Assembly (NCBI GenBank): GCA_002792635.1 | Contig: PFOR01000027.1 | Coordinates: forward strand, 2,563-66,562 | Reading direction: 5' to 3' | Length of the DNA: 64,000 bases | Source of the DNA: Candidatus Pacearchaeota archaeon CG_4_10_14_0_2_um_filter_35_33 | Lineage (GTDB): Archaea > Nanobdellota > Nanobdellia > Pacearchaeales > GW2011-AR1 | Shown: positions 29,460 through 39,436 of the stretch, in pieces | Layout: the number at the start of each line of letters is the position of its first letter | Position numbering within the stretch: position 1 is the first letter of the stretch | Program-made: the position numbers and the translations under genes | Notes under the pieces: model-generated | What the model saw: the letters and a program-made list of their open reading frames with translations, nothing else | Database searches by the model: none | Told to the model about the DNA's origin: nothing

Positions 29460-31514
29460 TTAAATATTTCGCTGTATTATCCTTGAACTACCTTCTTCTT
29501 TCTTAACCTTGATGACATTGTCCACAAAGTTTTCTATTTGTGGCTCGTGTGAGACTATTATCAATTGTCCTATGCTCAGTTCGTTTAGGATGTCTCTTAT
29601 TTTATCTAATTGCTGGCTTGAAAAGCCATCTGTTGGTTCATCTAGAATTACTAAATCCTTTGTGTTCAATCGGCTAAATAATGAGTTAATTATCTGGTTT
29701 AATGCTAACCGATATGCCAAGGCGACCGCGGTCCTTTCTCCTCCTGAAAGGAAAGAATAATCTAACTCATAATCTCCCTGTAAGATTATGGGAGAGAAAG
29801 TTTCGTCGAGATTTACAAAAAATGCGTCTGTTGTTAGCATTGAGAACCATTTGTTAAACAACCTAGAGAATTCGTTCCGAAGTTTCATCATTATATTTTT
29901 TTCTGTGAACGAAACCAAGTCCGAAAATTTAGTGGAGAGCCATTGCTCTATTTCAAGAACATTTGATAGCCTGGTTTTTGACAATTCTTTTTGTTGGATT
30001 TTTTTAAGTTGGATTGTTATTTCTTTCTTAGTTAATTCAAGTTCTTTTTTTAGCTCTGCCAACTCTATCTCGACATTTTTTTCTCCTTGGAATGCAGATT
30101 TTAATTCGTCCTGCCTTATTATATAAATATTATCGTATTTCTTAAATTCCAAAACTGAATTTTTTAGTGATTCAATATGTTTCTTCAGTAAATTTGAGTC
30201 TTTATCTAGTTCTTCCTCTTGTTTCGTATATGTGTTTAAGTTCTCCTTGAATTTCTGGATATCTTGAAGCTTAGATTTTAGGATATCAAGTTCTGACTTT
30301 TTGGACTCTAATTCTGCGACGGTATTTTTTTCAGATTCCAATGTTGAAGAAATTATTGAGATGTTTTGATTCAGCCCCTTGAGTTCCTTTTCTGTTTTTA
30401 CTAGCTGGTTTTCAGTCTCATTTAGAATATTGTGCTTATGTGGCTCTGGAACATCTTGTAGACAAGTTGGACACATGTCTATCTTGAATATCCTTTGTTT
30501 TTTTAATAGGTCTGATTCCTTTAATTGGTTCAAGGAATCTATTCTGCTTGAAAGAGTTATTAATTCCCTGTTCAACCCTTCAATTACACTTTTTTTCTTT
30601 GAAATATCTTTGATTATCTTGTTATGGGTTTCTTCATCAAATTCCGGAAACTCTAAAATTTTTTTGTTCAAGTCCCTGATTTCATTTTCAAGCCTTGATT
30701 TTTCCTGTAATTTATATGTCAATGCTACGTTTGTTTTTTCTATTTCCTTTTCAAACTTGTTTTTTTCTTCAATCTTTCCCTGAATTTCTTTGATTTTCTC
30801 TTCTATTAAATTTCTTTCCTCTAATTTTATTTGCAACTCTTCAGATTTTGAATTGATTTTCTCTTCGAGCAGAGATATATATTCTTTCTGTGATTCCAAC
30901 AAGGTTTTTGATTCATCTAAGTCTCTAATTTCATGCTGTAAAATTCTAGATTCTTCCCTTAACTTTGATGCAAAGATTGATAGATTTTCTCTTATTTTTT
31001 TATATTTCTCTACTCCAAAAATGTGTCTAAGAACGTTCAATCTTGTTTCGGCATCTTCTAAAATTATTTGTTTCATCTGTTCTTGTGGAGAATAAACAGT
31101 ATAGTTGTATAGGATATTGGTTTTCTTTACAAATTCAAGAGGATAATTTAAATAGTTGAGAACTTTTGCCTTTAACTCTGTAACTGAAAGTTCTTCCTTA
31201 TCACCATTAACTGATATTGCACTGTATTCTTGTGAGATTGATCTTGAGGATCTTTTGAGTTTTCTTTCTATTTCTATTTCGTTTTCATTCACTTCTAGCG
31301 TTAGCCTGACCATTCCTGTATCGGAAGAAGATGCAAGAAGTGATGAGCCTCTTTGTCCTGGTTGCAATCCAAAAAGTGCAAAAGAAATGGCTAAAAGAAG
31401 GGTTGTTTTTCCAGAGCCGATATCTCCTGAAAGGAGGGTAGAACCTGGCGGGAATTCTATTTCTCCTCTTCGATAACTTCTTATATTTTCAAGATACAAT
31501 TTTTTTAATTTCAT
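29460..31514 (-). CDS. rad50: Rad50 ATPase (short coiled coil)
   Basis: GDIGSGKT, zinc hook CPTC, LSGGE signature, LDEPT; adjacent to Mre11. Confidence 0.92.
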   Translation of the reverse strand: MKLKKLYLENIRSYRRGEIEFPPGSTLLSGDIGSGKTTLLLAISFALFGLQPGQRGSSLLASSSDTGMVRLTLEVNENEIEIERKLKRSSRSISQEYSAISVNGDKEELSVTELKAKVLNYLNYPLEFVKKTNILYNYTVYSPQEQMKQIILEDAETRLNVLRHIFGVEKYKKIRENLSIFASKLREESRILQHEIRDLDESKTLLESQKEYISLLEEKINSKSEELQIKLEERNLIEEKIKEIQGKIEEKNKFEKEIEKTNVALTYKLQEKSRLENEIRDLNKKILEFPEFDEETHNKIIKDISKKKSVIEGLNRELITLSSRIDSLNQLKESDLLKKQRIFKIDMCPTCLQDVPEPHKHNILNETENQLVKTEKELKGLNQNISIISSTLESEKNTVAELESKKSELDILKSKLQDIQKFKENLNTYTKQEEELDKDSNLLKKHIESLKNSVLEFKKYDNIYIIRQDELKSAFQGEKNVEIELAELKKELELTKKEITIQLKKIQQKELSKTRLSNVLEIEQWLSTKFSDLVSFTEKNIMMKLRNEFSRLFNKWFSMLTTDAFFVNLDETFSPIILQGDYELDYSFLSGGERTAVALAYRLALNQIINSLFSRLNTKDLVILDEPTDGFSSQQLDKIRDILNELSIGQLIIVSHEPQIENFVDNVIKVKKEEGSSRIIQRNI

Positions 31515-32659
31515 AAGTCTATCACCTTTTTCATTTCAGTGAATAGCCTGTCTTCAAAGATTCTTGAGATCTCTCCTTCTTTTTTTTCTATTTGGAGGGA
31601 TGACATTAAAGGGTTTATCAGGTTGTTGAGTTTATGTGGATTCTTCTCTTCAAAATTTCTTATTATTTCTTCTTCTATATCCTGGCTTTCGACTTCTATA
31701 TCTATGTCCGATTCTGTCACGAAAAGCTTGGACGTGCTTTTTAGGAAGACATAAGCGTTTTGTTCTTTCACATATCTTTCAATTTCATTCAGTTTGATGT
31801 CTGATGATTTTCCAACTTCTATGTTTCCAAACAATCTTAAAATTATGATTTTATCTTCTAGATTATGTTTTTTTAACTCCTCTATAATTTCATCTGTTGC
31901 AGAAATTGCATTGTTAACTTCAAATTCAAATTTTGAAATTTCTTTTAATTTAATTTCTCTTTTCTCTACTTTTCCTGAGGTGTCTACGATGTAAAAAGAA
32001 CCTTTTTGTAATTCCTCTAGTTCCTCAGAGTTATTAGGAAAAGTTGGACCACAATATACCCTGTTGTCTTTATTGTAATCGATATGCAAGTGCGCTAGTG
32101 CTAAATAATCCACTTTCGGTAATTTGGTTTCATCAACTGCTGGAATTGGGAGAGTCTTTACAGCATCTCTGATTGCTGTGTGAAGCATCAGTATTTTGAA
32201 TAGCCCTGGGGTATCATTCAATTTAATCTTGGCTATTTCCGGAACTTCGAGACCTGATTTTTTTCCGGGATAACCATAGATTGCTATATTTTTGAAAATT
32301 GTGGGTTGTAAGATTATTGATTCATTCCTAAATTCTGGTTTGAACACATTAGTGGCAAATCCTGCTTTTTCTAAAACATCTAAGAATGATTTTCCTGTTG
32401 CTGAATAATCATGACTTCCTGCTATTAAGAATACAGGAATTCCAGCATCCTTTAACTTTCTGAATTCTTCAAAAGCATCCTTTATTGTTTCTATTGGAGG
32501 GTATGCTGTATCAAACAAATCGCCGGCTATTAGAACAAAGTCTAGTTTTTCCTTTATTATTGTATTAACTGCTATTCTAAATGCTTCTAAATTCAACTGT
32601 CTTAATTCGGGATGGCGCCATCCTCCAAGATGGCAATCACCAAGATGTGCAAACCTCAT
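31511..32659 (-). CDS. mre11: Mre11 nuclease
   Basis: DCHLG, AGDLFD, GSHD, LAHLH phosphoesterase motifs. Confidence 0.92.
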   Translation of the reverse strand: MRFAHLGDCHLGGWRHPELRQLNLEAFRIAVNTIIKEKLDFVLIAGDLFDTAYPPIETIKDAFEEFRKLKDAGIPVFLIAGSHDYSATGKSFLDVLEKAGFATNVFKPEFRNESIILQPTIFKNIAIYGYPGKKSGLEVPEIAKIKLNDTPGLFKILMLHTAIRDAVKTLPIPAVDETKLPKVDYLALAHLHIDYNKDNRVYCGPTFPNNSEELEELQKGSFYIVDTSGKVEKREIKLKEISKFEFEVNNAISATDEIIEELKKHNLEDKIIILRLFGNIEVGKSSDIKLNEIERYVKEQNAYVFLKSTSKLFVTESDIDIEVESQDIEEEIIRNFEEKNPHKLNNLINPLMSSLQIEKKEGEISRIFEDRLFTEMKKVIDL

Positions 32660-32683
32660 TATAATTTCTGAGATGAGGGATAT

Positions 32684-33232
32684 TTATTGATTGTTGTGTT
32701 GGATTTCCCAGACTTCCAGAGTTTCTTGGAAGAGTTTTTTTTTGGCAATTGACTTATAGCTTAAGTTTTGTTGGGATAATAGGTTAATTATCCTTTTTCT
32801 CGGGGTTAATGATGAGAGTAGTAGTAAAATAACTGAATCACTATGCATGTGAATTTGTGCTTGCTTTAGGAATCTTTGGATTAATTCATCCCCTTTTTTT
32901 CCTCCCGTTGTTGCTAATCTGCTTTTTTTGTCTTCTCTAGAATCCAGGGGAAGGTATGGAGGATTAAAAATAATTAGGTCGAATCTTCCTTTTATTTTTG
33001 AAAATAGGTTTGATTTTACTATCTTTATTTTATCATCATTAAATTTGGCTTTTATATATTCTATGACTTTGGGACTTATATCAACTACTGTTACGGAAGA
33101 CGCTCTTGCTTTCATACAGGATTCTGCCAGGATTCCCGAACCTGAACCCATGTCTAAACAAGATTTTCCATTTGCATATTTAGAAATTTGTTTTTCTAGT
33201 AGATGTGAGTCATCTGATGGTTGATATATCAT
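32684..33232 (-). CDS. HemK2/PrmC-like N5-glutamine methyltransferase
   Basis: IYQPSDDSHLL, LDMGSGSG, FNPPY. Confidence 0.9.
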   Translation of the reverse strand: MIYQPSDDSHLLEKQISKYANGKSCLDMGSGSGILAESCMKARASSVTVVDISPKVIEYIKAKFNDDKIKIVKSNLFSKIKGRFDLIIFNPPYLPLDSREDKKSRLATTGGKKGDELIQRFLKQAQIHMHSDSVILLLLSSLTPRKRIINLLSQQNLSYKSIAKKKLFQETLEVWEIQHNNQ

Positions 33233-33675
33233 CCGAATAGGATAGCAAAAAATTCTGTTATGCTGTCTCTGAGAAAGAAAGATGCTCCAAGTGCGACGAT
33301 TAGGATTATAAGAACTGAAAGAAGAGTAATGAGTTTCCAGTCTACCCCCCTACTATGTTTTGATTCTATAGGAGGTCTAACCTGTTGGTTAGCTTGTACT
33401 TGCTTAGAACTGTAGCTCGGCTTGTTTAAGGTGGATTGTCTCCCTGCAACAGGCCATTGGTTCTTTTGGGTTACAGGCATTTGCTGTTGAGTTTGTTTAG
33501 GTTGTTGAGGATTTTGAACCTGGTCTGGGGGAGGCAATCCTGATGTTAAGGCTTGCGCAGCTTGTCTAACTTCTGCTTCAGGATATCCTGAACTAATAAA
33601 GGACCTAACTGCAGTTTCTAAGTCATATCCCTTGTCTAGAGCGTTCTTTAATCCACCAAATATATCTTCCCTCAT
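33229..33675 (-). CDS. Hypothetical membrane protein (helical N-domain, Q/P-rich linker, TM)
   Basis: GTGA/ATGA-type overlaps with both neighbours; C-terminal TM. Confidence 0.7.
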   Translation of the reverse strand: MREDIFGGLKNALDKGYDLETAVRSFISSGYPEAEVRQAAQALTSGLPPPDQVQNPQQPKQTQQQMPVTQKNQWPVAGRQSTLNKPSYSSKQVQANQQVRPPIESKHSRGVDWKLITLLSVLIILIVALGASFFLRDSITEFFAILFG

Positions 33676-35009
33676 TTTAGTGTTAACTTCCTAGCATTAG
33701 ACATCAAATGAACATTATAATTCTTTTTATATCCCATTTCTACCGCCAAATCAAAACCTGCTTTTGTCTTTTTGAAGTCTCCATGAGATGGAATTATATG
33801 TTCAGGGTCTGTGAGTTTTATCAAGTCTCTGATGTCTTCTCTTCCGCCATGACCTGATACATGGACATTATCAAATATTCTCACTTTGAATCTTCTTAGT
33901 CTCTTTTCTAATTGAGCCCGAGATTCTATTGTGATAGGAGTAGGGATTGTTTTTGATGAGAAAATTATGTGATCATCGTCTTCTAGTTTATATGGAAGTT
34001 GACCTCTTGAAATTCTGTCTAAAATTGCTCCTGGCTCTCCTTGATGACCTGTGCATGCTACAAGATACCTGCTTTTGTTTTTTGATACTTTTCTAAGAAG
34101 TTTCTCGGCTTGTCTCCTATACTTTGCCATTTGGACCCTTTTTCTGAATGGTGCCTTGCCTACAGCTTCTGCGGCTGAAACATATTTATTCATGCTTCTT
34201 CCAAGAAATACTACTTCTCTTCCTAATTTGCTTCCAAATTCGGCAATCGTTTTTAGCCTGGCTATATGGGATGAAAAGGTTGTGATTAATATCCCTGACT
34301 TGTAATTTTCTGTTGTAAATAAAACGTCTTCTAAAAGCCCTTTAGCAATTTTTTCTGAAGGTGTTTTCCTGTCATCAGAGGCATAGAGACAATCCATGAC
34401 AAGAGCCTTAATTCCTATTTTAGACAATTGCTTTAATCTTTTGTAATTTGGCTTGTCTCCAAAAGTTGGAGAATTGTCAAATTTGAAATCGTTAGCATAA
34501 AGGACCACTCCATCCTTTGTATGCACAGCAATCATCGTTGATTGAATTGTAGAGTGAGTTATGTTTACGAACTCAACTTTGTAATTTTTATCTCCTTTAA
34601 TTGTTATAGATTCATTTGGTTTGACTGAAATCATTTTGTTTGGTATTCCTGCCTTATTATCTTCCAGCAATCTTTTCAAAACTTCTATAGTAAATGGTGT
34701 GGATGCTACAGGTGCTTTATATCTATGAGATAGGTATTGGATTCCTCCGACATGGTCAAGATGCGCGTGCGATACTAGTAAGCCTCTTACCTTTTGTCTT
34801 AAATTATTTTTGTCTAGATATTGGTCATCAGGCAATGCGCCTATGCCCCTCATCCATTTTTCTGTTGGGTCCTTTTCTCTTTCCTGAACACCTACAATAG
34901 CTGGAAGAAAGATTCCCGCATCAAAAAGCAAGACATCCTGACCCGATTCCAGGGCAGTCATATTCTTCCCTACTTCATCATATCCTCCTATTGTGTGTAT
35001 CTTAATCAT
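33672..35009 (-). CDS. rnj: Ribonuclease J (archaeal)
   Basis: IGGYDEVGKNM, HAHLDH, HVSGH, PSHG. Confidence 0.93.
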   Translation of the reverse strand: MIKIHTIGGYDEVGKNMTALESGQDVLLFDAGIFLPAIVGVQEREKDPTEKWMRGIGALPDDQYLDKNNLRQKVRGLLVSHAHLDHVGGIQYLSHRYKAPVASTPFTIEVLKRLLEDNKAGIPNKMISVKPNESITIKGDKNYKVEFVNITHSTIQSTMIAVHTKDGVVLYANDFKFDNSPTFGDKPNYKRLKQLSKIGIKALVMDCLYASDDRKTPSEKIAKGLLEDVLFTTENYKSGILITTFSSHIARLKTIAEFGSKLGREVVFLGRSMNKYVSAAEAVGKAPFRKRVQMAKYRRQAEKLLRKVSKNKSRYLVACTGHQGEPGAILDRISRGQLPYKLEDDDHIIFSSKTIPTPITIESRAQLEKRLRRFKVRIFDNVHVSGHGGREDIRDLIKLTDPEHIIPSHGDFKKTKAGFDLAVEMGYKKNYNVHLMSNARKLTLK

Positions 35010-35072
35010 GTTGCTTTGAAGTAAAATTGGTTTATATAACTTAGCAAACTATAAATAGCAATTTTCCCTTTA

Positions 35073-35933
35073 ATGCGGATGCACCATCATATAAAGAGGT
35101 TGAAAAAACATAGGAATGTTTTATATGGGTTAGTTATAGTTTTGGTTGTATTTCAAATTGTGGTTTTTTTCGTTTTTACGTCTCAAACGTCTAGACTGAT
35201 TTCAGAACAAGAAAGAGCCAATGAATACTTTGAAAACAAGATAAGTAATGAGCTTGGGGGTGTGAGGGAAGAGATGAAGGCGAATATAAATGAGTTGGCT
35301 AATGTTATCTCTCAAAATAGTGAGGATTTTCAACAAGAAATTAATTTATTAAAATCAACCCGGGATGACTTTTCAGGCGTTGTTGAAGAGTCTATAAAAG
35401 GAGTTGTTACGATTTCTACTGAAAGGGCAAGTGGAAGCGGGTTTTTTGTACATTCCTCAGGATATATTGTTACAAATTGGCATGTTTTGGATGGGAGCAA
35501 TACAATGAAAGTTATTGATTATAGCGGAAATGAGATTAATGCTGAATTAATTGGAATGGATGACTTTACAGATCTTGCACTTCTTAAAGTTCCGGGAATT
35601 TATAACCATTTAGATTTAGCAAATAGCGATGATATTCAAATTGGGGAAACTGTTATTGCTATAGGAAATCCCTTGGGATTAGCATTTACAGTTACAGAAG
35701 GGATTGTTTCTGCCATTGACAGGGAAGGGCCTAATGGCCTGGAAGCTTATGTTCAGACAGATGTGACTTTAAATCCGGGCAATTCCGGAGGGCCTTTAAT
35801 AAATAAGGAGGGAAAAGTTGTTGGAGTAAATAATTTTAAGATTGGGGGTGCTGAAAGTTTAGGTTTTGCGTTAGAGAGTGATGTTGTTAAGGAAAGGATA
35901 AATATGATTGCAAACCAGACAATAATTGAATGA
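35073..35933 (+). CDS. Membrane-anchored trypsin-like serine protease (HtrA-like, no PDZ)
   Basis: TNWHV, DLALLK, GNSGGP catalytic triad; N-terminal TM + coiled coil. Confidence 0.92.
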   Translation: MRMHHHIKRLKKHRNVLYGLVIVLVVFQIVVFFVFTSQTSRLISEQERANEYFENKISNELGGVREEMKANINELANVISQNSEDFQQEINLLKSTRDDFSGVVEESIKGVVTISTERASGSGFFVHSSGYIVTNWHVLDGSNTMKVIDYSGNEINAELIGMDDFTDLALLKVPGIYNHLDLANSDDIQIGETVIAIGNPLGLAFTVTEGIVSAIDREGPNGLEAYVQTDVTLNPGNSGGPLINKEGKVVGVNNFKIGGAESLGFALESDVVKERINMIANQTIIE

Positions 35934-36205
35934 TGTTAAAGAAAAAACCATCTGCGAAAATAAAGAGAAGATATCTTCTTATTAAGGGAGATAGAAAAGA
36001 GATTGAGAAGATAATATTAGACTATCTTGGTATTTTGGGATGGGCTAAAACGAATCCAGAGTTTGTTAAACAATCTGGGAAAAACTGGATTCTGGCCATT
36101 GATAGGAAATCTTTAGAAGGTGTGAAAGCCGCTTTCGCTGTCAATTCTGATAAATTAGAGGTTCTAAAGGTTTCTGGAACATTGAAAGGGATTGGGAAAA
36201 ATTAA
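35930..36205 (+). CDS. RNase P protein Pop5/Rpp14 (short)
   Basis: KRRYLL...VSGTLK; position upstream of psmA as in the archaeal exosome superoperon. Confidence 0.8.
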   Translation: MMLKKKPSAKIKRRYLLIKGDRKEIEKIILDYLGILGWAKTNPEFVKQSGKNWILAIDRKSLEGVKAAFAVNSDKLEVLKVSGTLKGIGKN

Positions 36206-36229
36206 ATACTCCTAATTCTCTTTTTGAGT

Positions 36230-36883
36230 ATGCAGAAGAGGGATTACATTATTTTGATTTTGGTTGTTGTAATTGTTGTTTTATTTGGATTTCTATTGCA
36301 ATCAGATACTCTAATTAATTCTAATGATGAACAGGGGAATTACGGTGATTTCAGTTTGCCTATTGGTTCCGGTGAATGTGGGAGTGATAATTGTGAAGCC
36401 TGTGATGTTAACGGTTGTTATGGTTATGAGAAATGCAGTGTTAAGACTATTAAGACTGAATGTGGTGAGTCCTGCACACAAGAGCAAAAGGTTTGTTATA
36501 CTAAATCTTCAGAAATAAATGACTTATATTCCTGTTAGGTAGATAGCGATTGTGTAAAAGTAGGGGCTGAGGTTTGTAATAAAATATTTATGGCAATAAA
36601 TAAGAAATATGAATCTTCTTGGGGAGATATGAAACAAGAAGAATGGGATGAAAATAATCCTGGGATGTTTTGGGGTTGTACTGCGGATGTGTCTAATCAT
36701 TATACGGGCGTAGGAAATCCCGTTTGCATCTATAACTCTTGTAAATTAGAAATAGACTGGGAAACTTATTGTGAATCTGACTTCACTCAAGGAGATATCA
36801 AAAATTGTGGTGACCCTCCCTGGACTGATAAAAGAATGACAAATGGCTTGACTTGTGGAGAACTTCTGGAAAGGTGTGGATAG
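36230..36883 (+). pseudogene. Cys-rich secreted protein interrupted by one in-frame TAG
   Basis: ORFs 36224-36538 and 36590-36883 are in one frame: ...LYSC*VDSDCVKVGAEVCNKIFMAINKKY... Confidence 0.7.
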
Positions 36884-36948
36884 ACACAAGTTTTAAATAA
36901 GCAATTATTTAAACAAATATATCTTATTATAAGAAGGAGAATAAAAAT

Positions 36949-37671
36949 ATGGAGATGCCTATGGAAATGCAACATCAAGCAATGGGTTATGACAGAGCTG
37001 CGACTATGTTCTCGCCCGATGGACATTTATTGCAAGTAGAATATGCTGAGAAGACTGTTAGATTGGGAGGCACTAGCATAGGTCTTGTATGTAGCGATGG
37101 AGTTTTAATTATGGCTGACAAAAGGATTAGGGATAAGTTGATTGCCCCTGAATCTGCTGATAAGGTGTTTGAGATTGATGAGCATGTGATTGTGACTGCA
37201 GCAGGGATAATGAGTGATGCGAGAGTCTTGATAGATAAAGCTCAATTATTGGCTCAACAAAATAGGGTGAATTATGGAAGCCCTATAGAACCAGTTTCTG
37301 TAATAAAAATGATTGCAGACAGTAAGCAGATGTTTACTCAGTATGGTGGGGCAAGACCATTTGGCGTTGCTGTGATGTTGGGAGGAACTCATAAAGGAGA
37401 ATCACACCTATATACGACAGATGTTACTGGAAACTACTTTTCTTATAAGGCGAACGCGATTGGAGAAGATGATGAACCAATTAAAGAGAAACTTAGAAAG
37501 GACTACAAGGAAATGCCAATAGACCAAGGAATAAGTTTCTTGTTGAAGATATTCAAAGAGATTTTAGGGAAGAACTTTGACATTGGAAGATTTGACACTT
37601 GTTATATTAAAAAGAGTGACAACAAGATTGTGAGATTGCAGGGCGATAAATTAAAGAAGTATGTTAAATAA
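36949..37671 (+). CDS. psmA: Proteasome alpha subunit
   Basis: GYDRAATMFSPDGHLLQVEYA; RPFGV. Confidence 0.97.
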   Translation: MEMPMEMQHQAMGYDRAATMFSPDGHLLQVEYAEKTVRLGGTSIGLVCSDGVLIMADKRIRDKLIAPESADKVFEIDEHVIVTAAGIMSDARVLIDKAQLLAQQNRVNYGSPIEPVSVIKMIADSKQMFTQYGGARPFGVAVMLGGTHKGESHLYTTDVTGNYFSYKANAIGEDDEPIKEKLRKDYKEMPIDQGISFLLKIFKEILGKNFDIGRFDTCYIKKSDNKIVRLQGDKLKKYVK

Positions 37672-38342
37672 TGGCAATAGTTGAAGCAAAGAAAAGAATT
37701 GGAAGCAAGGTTTATGAAGTTTCTGTTGAGTTTGATGAGGCGATGAAGGTTAAGAAAGGTGAAGGGGACATTGCGAGTGCGTTAAATTCTCCAAATGTTT
37801 TTTATGATGCTAAGAAGGGATTGAAGGCGAGTAATGAAGATTTGAAGGATGATTTTGGGACGGATGATGTGTATGAAGTTGCAAAAAAAATTATCAAGGA
37901 AGGTGAATTGCAAAAGCCTCAAGAATTTAGAGATGCTGAAAGAGAAAAAAGAGTAAAACAGGTTGTTGATTTGATTTTGCGGAATGCTGTGGACCAACAT
38001 GGTAAACCATATACAGAGGATAGGATTAGAAGAGCCATTGATGAAGTGCATTATAGTTTTGACAACAGGCCTGCTGAACAACAGATGAAGGAAGTTGTTG
38101 AGAAATTGAAAGTTATAATCCCAATAAGTTTGCAGATTAAGAGATTGAAGTTAACAATTCCTGCTCAGTATACGGGACAAGTTTATGGAGTATTGCAAGA
38201 TTACAAGGAAAAAGAAGACTGGAAAAATAATGGAGATTTAGAGGTTGTTATTAGTATTCCTGCGGGAATGCAGTTGGATTTCTTTGACAAGTTGAATAAT
38301 GTTACCCATGGGGCTGTCCAGAGCGAGGAATTAGCAAGCTAG
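37671..38342 (+). CDS. Ribosome maturation protein SBDS/Sdo1
   Basis: VFYDAKKG..AS..DL...FGT.D...I...GELQ; follows psmA. Confidence 0.92.
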   Translation: MAIVEAKKRIGSKVYEVSVEFDEAMKVKKGEGDIASALNSPNVFYDAKKGLKASNEDLKDDFGTDDVYEVAKKIIKEGELQKPQEFRDAEREKRVKQVVDLILRNAVDQHGKPYTEDRIRRAIDEVHYSFDNRPAEQQMKEVVEKLKVIIPISLQIKRLKLTIPAQYTGQVYGVLQDYKEKEDWKNNGDLEVVISIPAGMQLDFFDKLNNVTHGAVQSEELAS

Positions 38343-38345
38343 TAG
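38337..38345. repeat. Left target-site duplication AGCTAGTAG (contains the SBDS stop codon)
   Basis: Identical to 46166-46174. Confidence 0.88.
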
Positions 38346-38369
38346 TGCATTGTTGCATTGTTGGGACTT
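38346..38369 (+). repeat. Left terminal inverted repeat
   Basis: TGCATTGTTGCATTGTTGGGACTT versus reverse complement of right end TACATTGTTGCATCTACGGGACTT. Confidence 0.88.
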
Positions 38370-38405
38370 TTTCTTGATTGTTTTTAAAACATGATTAAAT
38401 AAAAG

Positions 38406-39326
38406 TTAATTTTCAGTTTTGTTTTCTTTATTGGTATTCAAAATAATGACAAAATTACTTATCGCTGAGAATTCTTTAAACATATCTAGAAAGAAATGAA
38501 TAACAACAGGATTTTTCTCTTTCAAAATTTCTAAAGAATCTTCGCTTATTGTTTCTCTTTCATCTAAGAAAGATTTAATTTTAATCATATCTTGGTTTTG
38601 ATAAGCACTCATAAGTTCTTGATAAAAATCCTTAGTCTTTTTTATTAAATTGGATTCTATTTCATTAAGTTTTGAATTATTATCTTTTGCATATTTATAC
38701 GAATAAATTATTGATCTTGAAATATTCAAGAGCCCTATTAAAAAATTATAAGCATATTTCGACGTATTCTTGCCAAAAACTAAATTCTTATTTATTAGTC
38801 TTTTTGAGAGATTAATAAGTTTTGTTACAACTTTATGTATCTCTAAAGTTTCGTCAAAATTAGAATAACTTTTTTTCTCAATATCCTCAATAAAATAATC
38901 AAATTGCGAGAGAATCTGAAATAAAATTCTTTTTACGTTGTTGTCAAACTCTATTGTATCAATTGACGCTACAGCTTTTATTATGCAATGTTTTGGATTA
39001 CTTTCAACAATTTCAAAGCCAGTAAGTTCAGCCAACACTTTTCTGATTAGGGATAATTGTTTTTGTTCAGTATAATTTATTTTGATTTCATCAAATCCAT
39101 AGGTATAAAGATGAGAAAGAATGCGGTTAATATACCATTCTCTTTCATTGGAAAAATTTATTTCAATTGACAAAAACTTTGTTTTTTCTGGACTTATAAT
39201 TAAGCCTCTTTCAGAAATATCTATGTTTAAAAATTGTCCTTTCTTTATGTTATTGCTTTTAACCCATTTTGATGGTAATGACAAACTTAATGTGCTATTT
39301 CCATGCTGAACTATCTTTCTTTTCAT
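38406..39326 (-). CDS. AbrB-domain / PhoU-like transcriptional regulator
   Basis: MKRKIVQHGNSTLSLSLPSKWVK..NIKKG AbrB-like N-terminus; YTYGFDEIKI...LTGFEIVE; helical PhoU-like C-terminus. Confidence 0.85.
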   Translation of the reverse strand: MKRKIVQHGNSTLSLSLPSKWVKSNNIKKGQFLNIDISERGLIISPEKTKFLSIEINFSNEREWYINRILSHLYTYGFDEIKINYTEQKQLSLIRKVLAELTGFEIVESNPKHCIIKAVASIDTIEFDNNVKRILFQILSQFDYFIEDIEKKSYSNFDETLEIHKVVTKLINLSKRLINKNLVFGKNTSKYAYNFLIGLLNISRSIIYSYKYAKDNNSKLNEIESNLIKKTKDFYQELMSAYQNQDMIKIKSFLDERETISEDSLEILKEKNPVVIHFFLDMFKEFSAISNFVIILNTNKENKTEN

Positions 39327-39436
39327 TACTTTCTTAAATACACAATAATATATAAATCTTTTGAAAATATGTATTTATATACAAATTATAAATATAAACA
39401 CCAAAAGTATATATTTCTCTGCATCTTTATGATTTT

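Noticed and set aside
29509..31994. Series of plus-strand Ser/Phe/Ile-rich ORFs
   Set aside because: Antisense shadows of Lys/Glu-rich Rad50 and Mre11; the same applies to most short antisense ORFs in the track.
36536..36538. Pyrrolysine/amber recoding
   Set aside because: TAG terminates several normal genes (SBDS, rpoK, eno, rps2, rbcL) and no Pyl genes are in the window.
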